A DNA stretch of 64,000 bases from a virus. Lineage: Duplodnaviria > Caudoviricetes. The translations under genes were made by a program, and so were the position numbers. The notes under the pieces are model-generated. The model saw nothing but the letters and a program-made list of their open reading frames with translations. It was not told the origin of the DNA and did not search any database. Where the stretch lies: IMG/VR virus record IMGVR_UViG_3300010362_000016, positions 9,453 to 73,452 of that record; one strand, given 5' to 3'. Shown here piece by piece: positions 35,263-45,800 of this stretch (its first letter is position 1; every line of letters starts with the position of its first letter).

Positions 35263-35490
35263 ATGGGGCGAAAAGCGTTGACCGAGGGATTGCCGGAGAA
35301 GCACTGGAGGATTGGAGAGATCGCCGAGAGGCTGGGGATCAGCTACCAGACCGCCATGAAGATGTTCGAGGACCTGGAGGGGGTCAAGATCTATGGAGAG
35401 AGGACCGGGACCAAGACCAGGAGGAAATACAGGATGGTGATGGTTCCCGATTCGGTATTGCAGGCGGAGTTGAGGAGACTGGAGAGGTGA
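35263..35490 (+). CDS. xis: excisionase / recombination directionality factor
   Basis: HTH WRIGEIAERLGISYQTA...VPDSVL; adjacent and convergent to integrase. Confidence 0.7.
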   Translation: MGRKALTEGLPEKHWRIGEIAERLGISYQTAMKMFEDLEGVKIYGERTGTKTRRKYRMVMVPDSVLQAELRRLER

Positions 35491-35509
35491 TGAGATTGGG
35501 GGGGGGGCC

Positions 35510-36787
35510 TCAGGCCGGTTTGCGGCCTGAGGGGAAAGGGATGACTTCAGCGGGACGGGCGAACTCTCCGGTCGAGCGGGCGGCGAGGTAGTTGGCGCGG
35601 AGGTTCTCGTGCCGGGATTTGACCCAGGGATTGTAGTGCAGGATGGTAGTGCGAATGTTGCGGTGCCCGAGCAGAATGGAAACCTTGTCGATAGGCATGT
35701 TCTCGTTGAGGCGGTTGACGGCGAAGGAATCCCGGAAGCGATGCGGCCTGAGGCCTTCAACGCCGATGGTCCGGCCCAGGTTCCGCAGGGCTTTGTAAAT
35801 GTGATTCGAGATGAACTGCCGCCAGGGAACGAGGCCGTCGTAGAAGGGATAGCCTTTTGAGGAACGCGACAGAGCCCGCAGCCGCTGGGCCAGCGAGACC
35901 GGGAAGAAGACCGTGACGGGGTCGCCGGTCTTGATCTGAACGGTCGAATAGCTCGCTACGCAGGAATCGATTACAATCCTCTCGGGGCGAAGATGCAGAG
36001 CGTCCGAGATCCGGAGCCCGGTTTCGTACATGAATTCGAGCAGCAGCCGGAAGCGCTCCGGATCGTCCATCAGCAGCGACGGGCTAGAGCGGACCAAGCG
36101 AGTATAACCCCGTCCCTTCTGGGCCAGTTCGCCTTTCATCCAGGGAATCACCGAGTCCATGATCTTGCGGTAGTTCTGGTCGCCATCCTCATCGAGCGGC
36201 AGAGTGCGGGTTTCGCTCATGTCCTCCAGGTCGCTTTCTGGATTCCGCTTGCGGGCGCGGATTGCCTGGATCGGGACCGTCGGGTCTTTGTCTATTTTTC
36301 CCGTCCGCACGGCGAAGCGGAACATGGACCCGATCTGTCCCATGTAGAGATTGGCAGTCGAGGGCCTGAGCGGCTTCACGCTCCGGGTCATCCATCCCTG
36401 CCGCAGTTTGAGCAGGCTTGCGGTCGGGACATTGCGGGCGTCGGTGACCCCTTCCTTCTGGAGAAAGGCCATGAGCATGTCGCCGATCATGCGATTGCGT
36501 TCCACGTAGACCGACCGGTTACCAATGGCCGTATGTTCTGCAAGGAAGGGCTCGACTATTTCGCTCAGCGGCACGGGGCGGATTTGGAGGGCGGCAAGGC
36601 TGGCGGGACTGCCCTGCTGGTTGAACTCCCTACGCTTGGCCTCGGCGGCGGCTTTGGAGTAGACCTTAAGAGCTTGCTGTTTGAGATGGACGCCATAGTC
36701 GTTGACGCCGGAAATCCACCAGCCGCACTTGCAGGAATCGCCCTTGATGCAGGCTGGAGCGTGTTTACGTATGTAGATACGAAGCAT
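35510..36787 (-). CDS. int: tyrosine recombinase / integrase
   Basis: YETGLRISDAL, HRFRDSFA, LLGH.NIRTT..HY; N-terminal Cys/His arm domain. Confidence 0.95.
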   Translation of the reverse strand: MLRIYIRKHAPACIKGDSCKCGWWISGVNDYGVHLKQQALKVYSKAAAEAKRREFNQQGSPASLAALQIRPVPLSEIVEPFLAEHTAIGNRSVYVERNRMIGDMLMAFLQKEGVTDARNVPTASLLKLRQGWMTRSVKPLRPSTANLYMGQIGSMFRFAVRTGKIDKDPTVPIQAIRARKRNPESDLEDMSETRTLPLDEDGDQNYRKIMDSVIPWMKGELAQKGRGYTRLVRSSPSLLMDDPERFRLLLEFMYETGLRISDALHLRPERIVIDSCVASYSTVQIKTGDPVTVFFPVSLAQRLRALSRSSKGYPFYDGLVPWRQFISNHIYKALRNLGRTIGVEGLRPHRFRDSFAVNRLNENMPIDKVSILLGHRNIRTTILHYNPWVKSRHENLRANYLAARSTGEFARPAEVIPFPSGRKPA

Positions 36788-36815
36788 ATCGGTAAGGCTC
36801 TAGTATACACTTTTT

Positions 36816-37009
36816 GCTTATGCAAAAGCTATGCAAATTTACAAAAAGTGTAAAAAATAAGGCTTTTTTGGAGGAAAAATGCTTGGATTGGAATCCCGGC
36901 GACCCGCTGAAACTAAAAAACTTAGCCGTAAGTTGTTGATTTTAAGATATCGCAAAAATCCAGCAGATCGCACAGGTCCGATTCGCTTATGCAAATCCTA
37001 TGCAAATTT
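36816..37009. promoter_or_regulatory. attP region: arm-type direct repeats and IHF site
   Basis: GCTTATGCAAA(AG/TC)CTATGCAAATTT at 36816-40 and 36985-37009 (23/25 identical); WATCAANNNNTTR match on minus strand at 36929-41. Confidence 0.75.
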
Positions 37010-37028
37010 GGACCCCTGATACACGTAT

Positions 37029-37322
37029 TCACATCATCTTATTAGCGGTGATCTCGACTGCCGCCTGGAGGGCGGCGTCGTCGATGGCCGCGCCCGCGTT
37101 TTGGATGGCGGGGTCCATCACCACGGGCGGCTGGATTTGCTGAGCGATGTTGTCGGGCGTCTGGAATGTCAGCGTCGCCCACCTCACCCTGGAGGTATGA
37201 CCGGCCACCGATGCGGCCTCGTTCAAAATCGAATCGGCATACTTCAACGCCGCGACCTTCACCCTTCCCCGGAACGTCATGTCCACCATCAACTGCGAAG
37301 ATTCCTCGTATGTCATCGCCAT
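37029..37322 (-). CDS. 97-aa tail-fibre-associated protein, paralog 2
   Basis: MAMTYEES..LM.D..FRGRVKV..LKYA. Confidence 0.8.
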   Translation of the reverse strand: MAMTYEESSQLMVDMTFRGRVKVAALKYADSILNEAASVAGHTSRVRWATLTFQTPDNIAQQIQPPVVMDPAIQNAGAAIDDAALQAAVEITANKMM

Positions 37323-37364
37323 CTTCTCTCTCCTTCAAAATTTGAATCGCAGCAAGGCTGCGAT

Positions 37365-37658
37365 TCAGAGGATTGTGTTGACCGTCGATTCGACGGCCAG
37401 TTGTAAATCGGCGTCGGTAATCGCCGATCCCGAAGTCTGGACCTTCTCGTCCATGACCACGGGCGGTTGAATTCTCCCGGCCTCCTGGTCGGGCTGGGCG
37501 AAAACTCCCTGCGACCATTTCACGCGGGTGTTGTGCGCGGGCGTGGTCGCCGCCTCGCCCAGAATGTACGCCGCGTATTTCAAAATCGAGACCTTGATCC
37601 TTCCCCGGAAAGCTCCGTCCTGCATCAACGAAGCAGACTCGTCGTATGTCAACGCCAC
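37365..37658 (-). CDS. 97-aa tail-fibre-associated protein, paralog 1
   Basis: MALTYDES..LM.D..FRGRIKV..LKYA. Confidence 0.8.
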   Translation of the reverse strand: MALTYDESASLMQDGAFRGRIKVSILKYAAYILGEAATTPAHNTRVKWSQGVFAQPDQEAGRIQPPVVMDEKVQTSGSAITDADLQLAVESTVNTIL

Positions 37659-37698
37659 TCGGTCACCTCCTTCCCAGATCAGCGGCCATGCCGCTGAT

Positions 37699-40600
37699 CT
37701 AGGACCATTCGTTCCACGAATAAAACTGCATCTGGGATTGCGTGACCCGGTAGTTGTATCCGGGCATCACGATGAAGAACACGCTTTTGTAGTTCGTGCC
37801 GCTCTCCTGGAAGGAGCCGGTTTGCCAGATGGAAAGCACCGTCGTCGGGGTGCCGGTCGCATCGGCGTAAGCCACGACGGATTGCGTTCCCGCGCCCGCC
37901 GCTCCTTGCACGCACACCGCGACGAACAATGGCGTCGATCCGGAATTCGAATACGTCGTCCCGAAGACCCGTTGACTGGAGTTGTAGGCCGCAAACGTCG
38001 TCGGCCCTCCGCTCAGCGGGACGCCTCCAACCCGGAACTTTCCGCCGCCGATCACGTTGACGTCGCCGGAAACCTCCAGTTGATAAGCCGGATTCGTGAC
38101 GTTGATCCCGACCTTGCCGTCCTGAGCCACTCTCATCCTCTCGGTCGAGTCGGTGATGCCGTTGCCGCAGGTGTAGATCGCCAGGAAGGCTCCGTGAGCG
38201 TTCGTAGCCCAGTTCTCCGTCGCGAATGCTTGAAGGCCCGTCAGGCCTGTCGTGACCCACGCTCCGTCATACCCTCCGAAGCTCAGCCTTCCGGTGTTGT
38301 CCCCAGAGAGAACCGCCGTGGGACTTCCTACGCTCCCGTTGGCTCTCCTGCACAGAAGGTGGGAAGCTCCCGCGACCCGGTCGAAGAACGCCGCCCCAGT
38401 GCTCAGGACTTGAATCGCAGCGCTGCCCACCATGTTCGCGGCGGTGATCCCAACGCCCAGCGTCCCCACGGAATAAAGCTTGAATCCGGCGGCGTTAATA
38501 TCGCTGGTCCATGGCGTCTGGGCTCCTCCAGACGAATTGACCGTCACGTTCACCGCTCCCGATCCGCTGGTCCCCGAAAGCGTCACGTTCGTTCCAGCAA
38601 CGAGGTTGAGGATGGAAGCAATCCCGAAGCTCGTGGAGTTCACCCGAACTTCCAGACCGCTCGTCGAGATCGCGACGCCGTTGATTTTGTAGCTGCCGGT
38701 GATGTTGCAGTCTCCCGTGATGGTGTGAGCGCCGCTGGATAAAGCGCCGGGGATTGTAACGGCCCCGGTCGAACGGGTGATGCTCAGCGCCGTGCTCAGA
38801 ATTACCTGCGAGTCGCTGTACCGGTTGATGTTGAAATCCGACCCAACATTGCTACCTGACTCGGCTCCGTTGTTTTTGCCCACTGCCCAACGTACGGCGC
38901 TCGCGCCCGTTCTGAGGTAAACATACGAACCTCCGCCCGCAGCGTCGAGGATGTTCACGTCGTTACCTGCGGTGACGTTGGAGGTCACGGCCAATGTCCC
39001 GCTAAAGGATGAGGAAGTCGAGGTGACCACGAAGGAAGGCAACGTCACGGCGCTGGGACCGGAGATCGTCAGGGCCTGAGCCGCTGATCCGGCTCCATTG
39101 GCGCTCTGGATGTAGTTAATGGAGGCATTGGGGATAACCGCAAGCAATCCATTCGAAGTGCTGGCTTGGATTGTTCCGCCCACCGTGAGGGAGCTATTTG
39201 CGCGATTGAGGAACAGCGCCGCCCCAAGGGACGCTCCCGCGTCGTTGTAGCGAAGCAACATTAAATTGCTTCCGGCGTTCGAGCCGGTTTCCGAGGTGGC
39301 GTCGGTTAGCCAGACCCACCGGTTCGATCCGCTGATCGAGAAAGCCACCGAACCCCACGAGGCCGTGGACGGGGCGTCCGTCCGCAATCCTCCAGACGAG
39401 GAGGTGATCGCGCCCCCAGCCGATAAATTCCCGCTCATCGTCAGCGACGAAACTCCGCTGAGCGCGAATCCGCCTCCGTCGATGTTCGACAGCCACGGGG
39501 TCTGATAGCTGGCCACGGCGGGGACCGTCGTCCATGTCGCGTCTTCCCGCAGGAATTTTGTCGTCCCTGACGTTGCGCCCGGGTCGGGAACCATCCCTGC
39601 CCTGTGAGAGCCTCCCGAGGCTCCCATGCCTACCGCTGTCAACGTGACGTCGGCGCTCAGGGCTCCGCCACCCGTTAATCCGGTTCCGGCGATCACCTGC
39701 CTCGTCGGCGGAACAGTCGCCGGGGCCCCGGTGATCTTGGTCCAGGCCAAGCTCGTCAGCCACGTCGGGTCCGCGTACGTCGAGGCGCTCGATACAGCAT
39801 TGGTCACCTGGGCTGCGTTGTAATCCCCCGTTTGTGCAACCACCGCTCCCGTCCTGGTAAAAACCGAGGTCACCGGAATCGCCGCCGCTGAGTAAGCCGT
39901 CGTCTGGGTCGTCCCGTCCGGGAAAACAAAACCTCCCGTCGCGGATCTCACCTTCCCGTTCACCTGAAGCAGGTTTGTTCCGTCGTCCGTCACGGTTCCG
40001 ATCAGCACCCGCCCGCCCGTGACCATCCTCATCACCTCAGCCGAATTCGAGATGATCTTCAGGGGCTTGCTGGACTCGACGGCTCCCATCCCGGGATCGG
40101 TCGGATAGCCAGATCCATACGAACGGATCTGAATATAATCCGCGACGTTGTTCAACGCCGAAACTGTTCCACAGTCGGTTGAACTCGTGGAGACGACCCG
40201 GACGCCATCCTCCACCCCACCCGTCTGGACATAGACCCGGGCGGATGTTGATGTGGCGTGGTTGACTCCCACCGAGCCCACGTTGTTCAACTTGAACGTC
40301 GCGGCGTCGATGTCGCTTGCCCAGGGAGTTTGTGGAGACCCGCCGCCTCCGGCTGCGGCCCACTTTACTCCGAGAGGTTGAGTCGAATCCGCCGTCAGCA
40401 CCTGCCCGTTGGTTCCCACGCCCAACCGCTGGACCACCGAAGCGCCCCTCACCATGAGGTCTCCCAGCGTCGTCGTCGGATCGACCATTCCTCCAGCGCC
40501 GCCCGTAGAAGAGACGGTGATGTTGATCCGGTTGTCCACTGAACTGTCCGAGATGCTCAGCGCCACATTGGCCCCCGAGATGAAGTTGAGAGCCTTCCGG

Positions 40601-42489
40601 GTTCCGATGGTGGTTCCGTTGTTTTGAACCTGAACTCGCTGGTTGATCGTGTCAGCAACGATGGAGAGGTTCCGGTCTGCTGCGAGGCTTCCTCCGCCGC
40701 TCAACCCGGTGACGTTGGGGTCTCCCGTGGAGATCATCCTGGTCGTCGAAACGGCTCCGGTCACCTGGGCTGCGGTGTAGTCTCCCGTGGCCGCGACCAC
40801 CACCCCTGTCCTTCCGAAAACGGAGGAGACTCCCGCTGAAGGAGCGCCGGTAATTTTGCTCCAGGCCAATCCGGTCAGCCAGGGCGGGTCATTGTAAGTC
40901 GCCGAGGAATCTACAGCGTTGGTCACTTGTGCTGCGGTGTAATCTCCGCCCGCCGCGACTACGATTCCTTGCCTTCCGAAGACGCTCGCCACGCCAGCCG
41001 TCGGAGTCCCGTTAATTCGATAAATTCCGGTGCAGTTGATGTCGCCCTGGACGTCCATGGTGTAGGTAGCCGTCCGCCCCACCCCAACATTTCCTGAAGC
41101 ATCAATCGTCAATCGTGTTTTCGTCGCGATGGTGTCGCGGATGAAGAACATCCCGGCGGTTCCGAAGCCCACTCCGAAGTCCCATCGGTAAGCGCCGCCC
41201 AGGGTCATCTGGATCGAGGCGATGTCAGAGTTGGAAACGCTCTGCATCGCAATGGAGGGGTTGGCGGTCGATATCCGGAGTAGCTGGCCTCCCGCCGAGG
41301 CTCCTATCCCAATCCCGTTGACGTTGTTTAAATTGTGGGCGGCTGCGTCGATGTCGGTCGCCCAGGGAGTTTGCGACGCCGTCGAGACCGAAGCCCATCG
41401 GACTCCGGAACTTTGCGTCGAGTCCGCCATGAGATATAACCCATTGGCTCCCACGGTCAAGGACGTCGTCCCTGACGCCCCTCGAACGATCAGATCTCCC
41501 TTCGACGTGAGCGGATCGACCAGGAACACCGGAGCCCCGGTGATCTTCGTCCAGGCCAGGGTTGAAATCCACGTCGGATTAGAATAAGTCGCGCTCTGAT
41601 CCACTGCGTTGAAGACCTGCGCGGCGGTGTAATCTCCCGAGACCGCAACGACCGCTCCTGACCTTCCAAATACGCTGGCTACCGCTCCACCGCCTGCCGC
41701 AGCGGCCCATTTCACTCCGAGAGGCGAGGCGCTATCCACCGTCAGCACAAATCCATTGGTCGCTCCAACAGCCAACCTTGAAGGAGCCACCGGCCCCCTC
41801 ACAATCAAATCTCCCAGCGTCGTCGTCGGATCGACCATTCCCCCAGCCCCTCCAGTCGAGGAGATCGTGACGTCCAGTCGGTTCGAGGAGTTGTTATCCG
41901 TCACCTGCACGGTGACATTCGCGCCGTTGATGAAGTTGATCGCGTGGCGGGTTCCAACAACGGCGGAGCCGTTCGACATCAGTTGGATCTGCTGGTTGGT
42001 CTTATCCGCCACGACAGATAAGGTTCTATCAGCGCTGAGGTTCCCTCCGCCGGTCAGCGTCGCGTCCGTCAGGATGTTTCTCGAATTCAAAACTCCCGTG
42101 GCTGCGGTGATATCCGCCGGAGTCAACGTCACGAGCCCCGTCCGTCCGAAGACGCTCACCACCAGCGCATTCAAGGTGACGTCGAAGGTCAGCGGCCCCC
42201 CGCCGGACAGCCCAGACCCGGCGATTACCTGCCTCGCAGTTGGAACCGCTCCAACCTGAGCAGCGGTATAATCGCCGGGCTGAGCCACCACAACCCCGGT
42301 TCTCCCGAACACGCTGTTGACAGCCCCTCCGGTTGATGTGGCGATTCCCGTCAGGACGACATTCGAGAGAGTGTAGCCGCCGCCGTTGACATTCCCTCCC
42401 CAGGTCCGCTGGTCATTCGCTAAGTTATTCAAGTCATCTGCGTGGAGCTTATCACTGGGGGTAAAGTTATTCCGCGACAGCCAAGACAT
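37699..42489 (-). CDS. long modular tail fibre / receptor-binding protein
   Basis: 1596 aa, Gly/Ser/Thr-rich; repeated SVFGRTG.V...GDYTAAQV, DPTTTLGDL, QTPW.SDID modules. Confidence 0.85.
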   Translation of the reverse strand: MSWLSRNNFTPSDKLHADDLNNLANDQRTWGGNVNGGGYTLSNVVLTGIATSTGGAVNSVFGRTGVVVAQPGDYTAAQVGAVPTARQVIAGSGLSGGGPLTFDVTLNALVVSVFGRTGLVTLTPADITAATGVLNSRNILTDATLTGGGNLSADRTLSVVADKTNQQIQLMSNGSAVVGTRHAINFINGANVTVQVTDNNSSNRLDVTISSTGGAGGMVDPTTTLGDLIVRGPVAPSRLAVGATNGFVLTVDSASPLGVKWAAAAGGGAVASVFGRSGAVVAVSGDYTAAQVFNAVDQSATYSNPTWISTLAWTKITGAPVFLVDPLTSKGDLIVRGASGTTSLTVGANGLYLMADSTQSSGVRWASVSTASQTPWATDIDAAAHNLNNVNGIGIGASAGGQLLRISTANPSIAMQSVSNSDIASIQMTLGGAYRWDFGVGFGTAGMFFIRDTIATKTRLTIDASGNVGVGRTATYTMDVQGDINCTGIYRINGTPTAGVASVFGRQGIVVAAGGDYTAAQVTNAVDSSATYNDPPWLTGLAWSKITGAPSAGVSSVFGRTGVVVAATGDYTAAQVTGAVSTTRMISTGDPNVTGLSGGGSLAADRNLSIVADTINQRVQVQNNGTTIGTRKALNFISGANVALSISDSSVDNRINITVSSTGGAGGMVDPTTTLGDLMVRGASVVQRLGVGTNGQVLTADSTQPLGVKWAAAGGGGSPQTPWASDIDAATFKLNNVGSVGVNHATSTSARVYVQTGGVEDGVRVVSTSSTDCGTVSALNNVADYIQIRSYGSGYPTDPGMGAVESSKPLKIISNSAEVMRMVTGGRVLIGTVTDDGTNLLQVNGKVRSATGGFVFPDGTTQTTAYSAAAIPVTSVFTRTGAVVAQTGDYNAAQVTNAVSSASTYADPTWLTSLAWTKITGAPATVPPTRQVIAGTGLTGGGALSADVTLTAVGMGASGGSHRAGMVPDPGATSGTTKFLREDATWTTVPAVASYQTPWLSNIDGGGFALSGVSSLTMSGNLSAGGAITSSSGGLRTDAPSTASWGSVAFSISGSNRWVWLTDATSETGSNAGSNLMLLRYNDAGASLGAALFLNRANSSLTVGGTIQASTSNGLLAVIPNASINYIQSANGAGSAAQALTISGPSAVTLPSFVVTSTSSSFSGTLAVTSNVTAGNDVNILDAAGGGSYVYLRTGASAVRWAVGKNNGAESGSNVGSDFNINRYSDSQVILSTALSITRSTGAVTIPGALSSGAHTITGDCNITGSYKINGVAISTSGLEVRVNSTSFGIASILNLVAGTNVTLSGTSGSGAVNVTVNSSGGAQTPWTSDINAAGFKLYSVGTLGVGITAANMVGSAAIQVLSTGAAFFDRVAGASHLLCRRANGSVGSPTAVLSGDNTGRLSFGGYDGAWVTTGLTGLQAFATENWATNAHGAFLAIYTCGNGITDSTERMRVAQDGKVGINVTNPAYQLEVSGDVNVIGGGKFRVGGVPLSGGPTTFAAYNSSQRVFGTTYSNSGSTPLFVAVCVQGAAGAGTQSVVAYADATGTPTTVLSIWQTGSFQESGTNYKSVFFIVMPGYNYRVTQSQMQFYSWNEWS
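40460..41841. repeat. exact 32-nt repeat within tail fibre gene
   Basis: TCTCCCAGCGTCGTCGTCGGATCGACCATTCC at 40460-40491 and 41810-41841. Confidence 0.85.
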
Positions 42490-42529
42490 GTCTTCCTCCT
42501 CTTCCTAAGTCTTCAGATCTGTAAGATCC

Positions 42530-42856
42530 TCAGGATCTTGCAGTGTCTGGAGATCCGTTGACGGTTTTGCTATCGACGATTCTCATGGGTTCCAGGGGAA
42601 GGTCAACCTGATCGGGCACGGAGACGATTAGGGTTCCGTTGGAGGCCCGGGCGTTTTCGTAGCGGTCCACTCCACGGTTGTTGAGGGCTTGGCGGATGAA
42701 GGCCCGTTGGCGTTCGGCGGTGGAGTCGAGGTTCTTTCGGGCTTGCTCCATGTCGAGTGAGAGAGCCCCGACTATTGCGAGGGCCTGGGTTCGTTCCTGG
42801 TCCATTTGACTCAGGAGGGTTGCTTCTTTTTGGTCTAGTTGAAATGTCTTTTCCAT
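42530..42856 (-). CDS. coiled-coil protein, possible fibre chaperone
   Basis: AAGGAG RBS; between tail genes. Confidence 0.65.
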   Translation of the reverse strand: MEKTFQLDQKEATLLSQMDQERTQALAIVGALSLDMEQARKNLDSTAERQRAFIRQALNNRGVDRYENARASNGTLIVSVPDQVDLPLEPMRIVDSKTVNGSPDTARS

Positions 42857-42874
42857 TTTGGTCTGTCTCCTTTT

Positions 42875-45800
42875 TTAAATTACGTTCACGATTAGTCCGC
42901 CGACTACGTAGATTGTTTTGGAACCGGCGACGAAGGTTCCGGTGATGTTGTTGCCATGGCTGTCCTGACCGGGCCAGCCCAGGGCATAGCCGTGAATTCC
43001 GAAGTGATGAGCGAGTACTTGGCCGTCGATTGTGACTGCCGGGCCGATGTATCCGCTGGAGTCGATTTGGACGGTTCCGCCCACGCTCAGGCTGGCGCAG
43101 CCGATCTCCTGGGTTACACCCATGTGGATTCCGACAATCCATCCGTCTCCGATGAGTGATCCTGGGTTTACTGCTCCCCCGGCGATGACGTTGTTGGAGG
43201 CGTTCAGCAGGCCGCATGTGACCGAGCCAGCGGGTGAAGCTCCGTTGGTATTTACCGAGCCGCAAGTGACTCCGAAGCCGCCGATGTTCATGCCGGAACC
43301 GACAAACACTCCGTCGGAGTCGATGACGGTTTTGTTTCCCTTGGTGGTGCTTCCGCTCACCAGGATTGCGTTGGTTGACTGGAAGCTCGCCGCTCTCAAA
43401 GTTCCCACGCCCGTCAGGCTGAACCCGGCTCCGGCGATGTCGCTCGTCCAGGGAGTCTGGCCTCCCGAGATGGATTTCCCTTTCCAGGCCCCGGTCGAAT
43501 CGATCACGGTTCCATAGCCCTTGATCTTCAGGGCGATGGCCTGGACCTCGGTAGCGCCGGGACCCTGGAGGCTCCCCGAGAGAGTGACGTTTCCGCTCTC
43601 GTCGGCCTGGAACAGGATCGTTGACGCCGGATAGGCGGAATCTCTTAAGGTGAGGGAAGGGTTGCCGCTCACGTTGCTTCCGGAGGTGATATGAACGGTT
43701 TGGGAACGCGAGCCCCCGGTGCCGGTGGGGCTGTACATCGCTAGCTCTCCCCAAAACGTCGAGGGTGAGTCGCTTCCTGTCGATTGACCGTTGAAGGTCA
43801 CCAGCGAAACCAGCACAGGATAACCTTGGTTCTGGTGACCTCTCAGGATCACTCCGCGACTGATATAAACCGCTCCGAACAAACTCTGGGAATTATCCAC
43901 TTCGTAAACGGTGATGCCGGGAAATTGCCAGTTGGACATTCCCGCGCCGACCCACACGGAGTTGCCGAATTTCAGTTGATATTGGTTGTTCGCCGGGGTC
44001 CCGCTCTGGGCGGCGTAATCCACCTGGAATAAGTTCACGTTCCTGATCTGGAACTGGCTTCCTAGGGGATTAGTTGCATCAGGGGTTACCAGGACGTTCC
44101 AGTTGGATAAATTAGAGCCTCCGATGGCTAGCTGAGTGAACCATGCTCCGGAGGTAAGGCCACTCGGGGGAGTTGAACCTACACTGTCTCCTGGGGTTCC
44201 GCTGGAGACGTTGATCTTTGCGCCGATGCGGCCTTTTTCGATTCCATGGTCGTCGCGGATGGAAATATAAGGATAGGTTGAGTTGCCTGGAGGCGCGGCG
44301 GCGATCCCGCCGACCTGGATGATCCCGGAGCCGTCTACCCAGATCGGGGCGTCCAGGGGGCTCGTGCCGCCGATCCAGATCTGTCCGAACCACGCGCCCC
44401 AGAGGGGTTGGCTGCTGCCTTGACCGGGCTGCTGTTCGCCGATCCAGCCTCTCAGAACCCCGGAGGAATTTTTGACGGCGATTTGGCCGTTGTCACTGCC
44501 TCCGAAAGTATTGCCGGGGGCTCCTCCCACAACCAGGGTTTTGCCGACCTGAACGATCTTCGCGGAGAAGGACTCAGCGGTGAACTTGTCCCCGACCCAG
44601 TCGAACTGGGTAGTGTCGAACCAGCCGTCCCGGGCCGGGATGACCTGCCCGCCGCTGGGGGTGTAGTTATAGGAGATGACCGGAGTGGTTCCTGGAACCA
44701 GGGAGTTCTTGTGGCCTTGAGGGTCGTCGCTCACCACGTAGAAATCCACCGGCACGGTGGCTCCGATGTTCCCAAACGACGGCATCGTGGGAGTCTGAAA
44801 CGACGTAGCGTTCAACGGAACCGACCAATACGTCGGCTTGGTGGGATCGTGGTTGACCACCATCGCGATCTGGGCCCCGCCGAATTTGTTGTCAGAAGGG
44901 TTGTGCCAAGTACCCACGTTGAAATTGACCATCCCCACGCCATCCGCAGAAACGGTTTCGTTGGCCGTCGCGTGGGCACCCGGGTCAATCGTCACCGAAG
45001 GTGCATACTCCAACCCGCCCCCCGCGCTTCCCGGCGTCGGAGGCCCCACCGTCAACGTCACCGTGGGCGAATGAAACCCGGGTTGCCCATAATTTCCCGG
45101 AGTGTCCGCCAGCACTCCATTCACACTCACCGATATCGCCGCAATGGTCCACACCTCGGCAGTCCTGGGAATGTTCGATATTTCCAGGAAGAACCTATCC
45201 TCCTTGTTCGCCTGCTGCCCGCTCAACGTCTGTGGGAAAGGAGTCAGGGGAGCCGTTCCGGTGACCTTCACGAGATATAGATATACTCCGGCGTACCGGA
45301 TCGAACCTTCATCAACCGTGGGTAAATCCCATGACAAGGTAGCTTCCTCGATGAAGGTTCCGTCGAGGAGCCAGACATATTTCTGGCCGGTGAGGGTGAA
45401 TCCGGTGACATCAGGAGTTGAAGGGAGAGGCGGGACTACCGCGAGAGCATAGGGAGTCACTCCTTCGACGAGGGAGTTGATGTGGGTTCCCAGGGGCTGG
45501 GAATCGTCCTCCGAGCAAAAATAACATCGGAACTGAGTTCCCAGCGGCCCTGGGGTATAAACCGGACTCTTATATCCGGAGGAGCTTTGAGCTACCGGAA
45601 CATCCGTGCCGGTGTCGGTTCCCGGAAATATCGGATTCCCATCCGCGTCTTCGTTCACGAAGATGATCCGGCAACCGCCGAAGCGGTTCATTCCGGGAGG
45701 AACCGGAGTAGCCGGGTCGGGGGGATCGTAAAAGTATTGGAGATAGTAATTCGGATCGGGCCGGTTGTAATCCGTGGTGACGGTGACGGAGACGTTGGTG

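Noticed and set aside
36870-36915. tRNA fragment as attP core
   Set aside because: No convincing T-loop (GTTCRANYC) or CCA end on either strand
37699-42489. Tail-fibre repeats as a diversity-generating retroelement
   Set aside because: No reverse transcriptase and no adenine-specific TR/VR pair seen; repeats are in-frame protein modules
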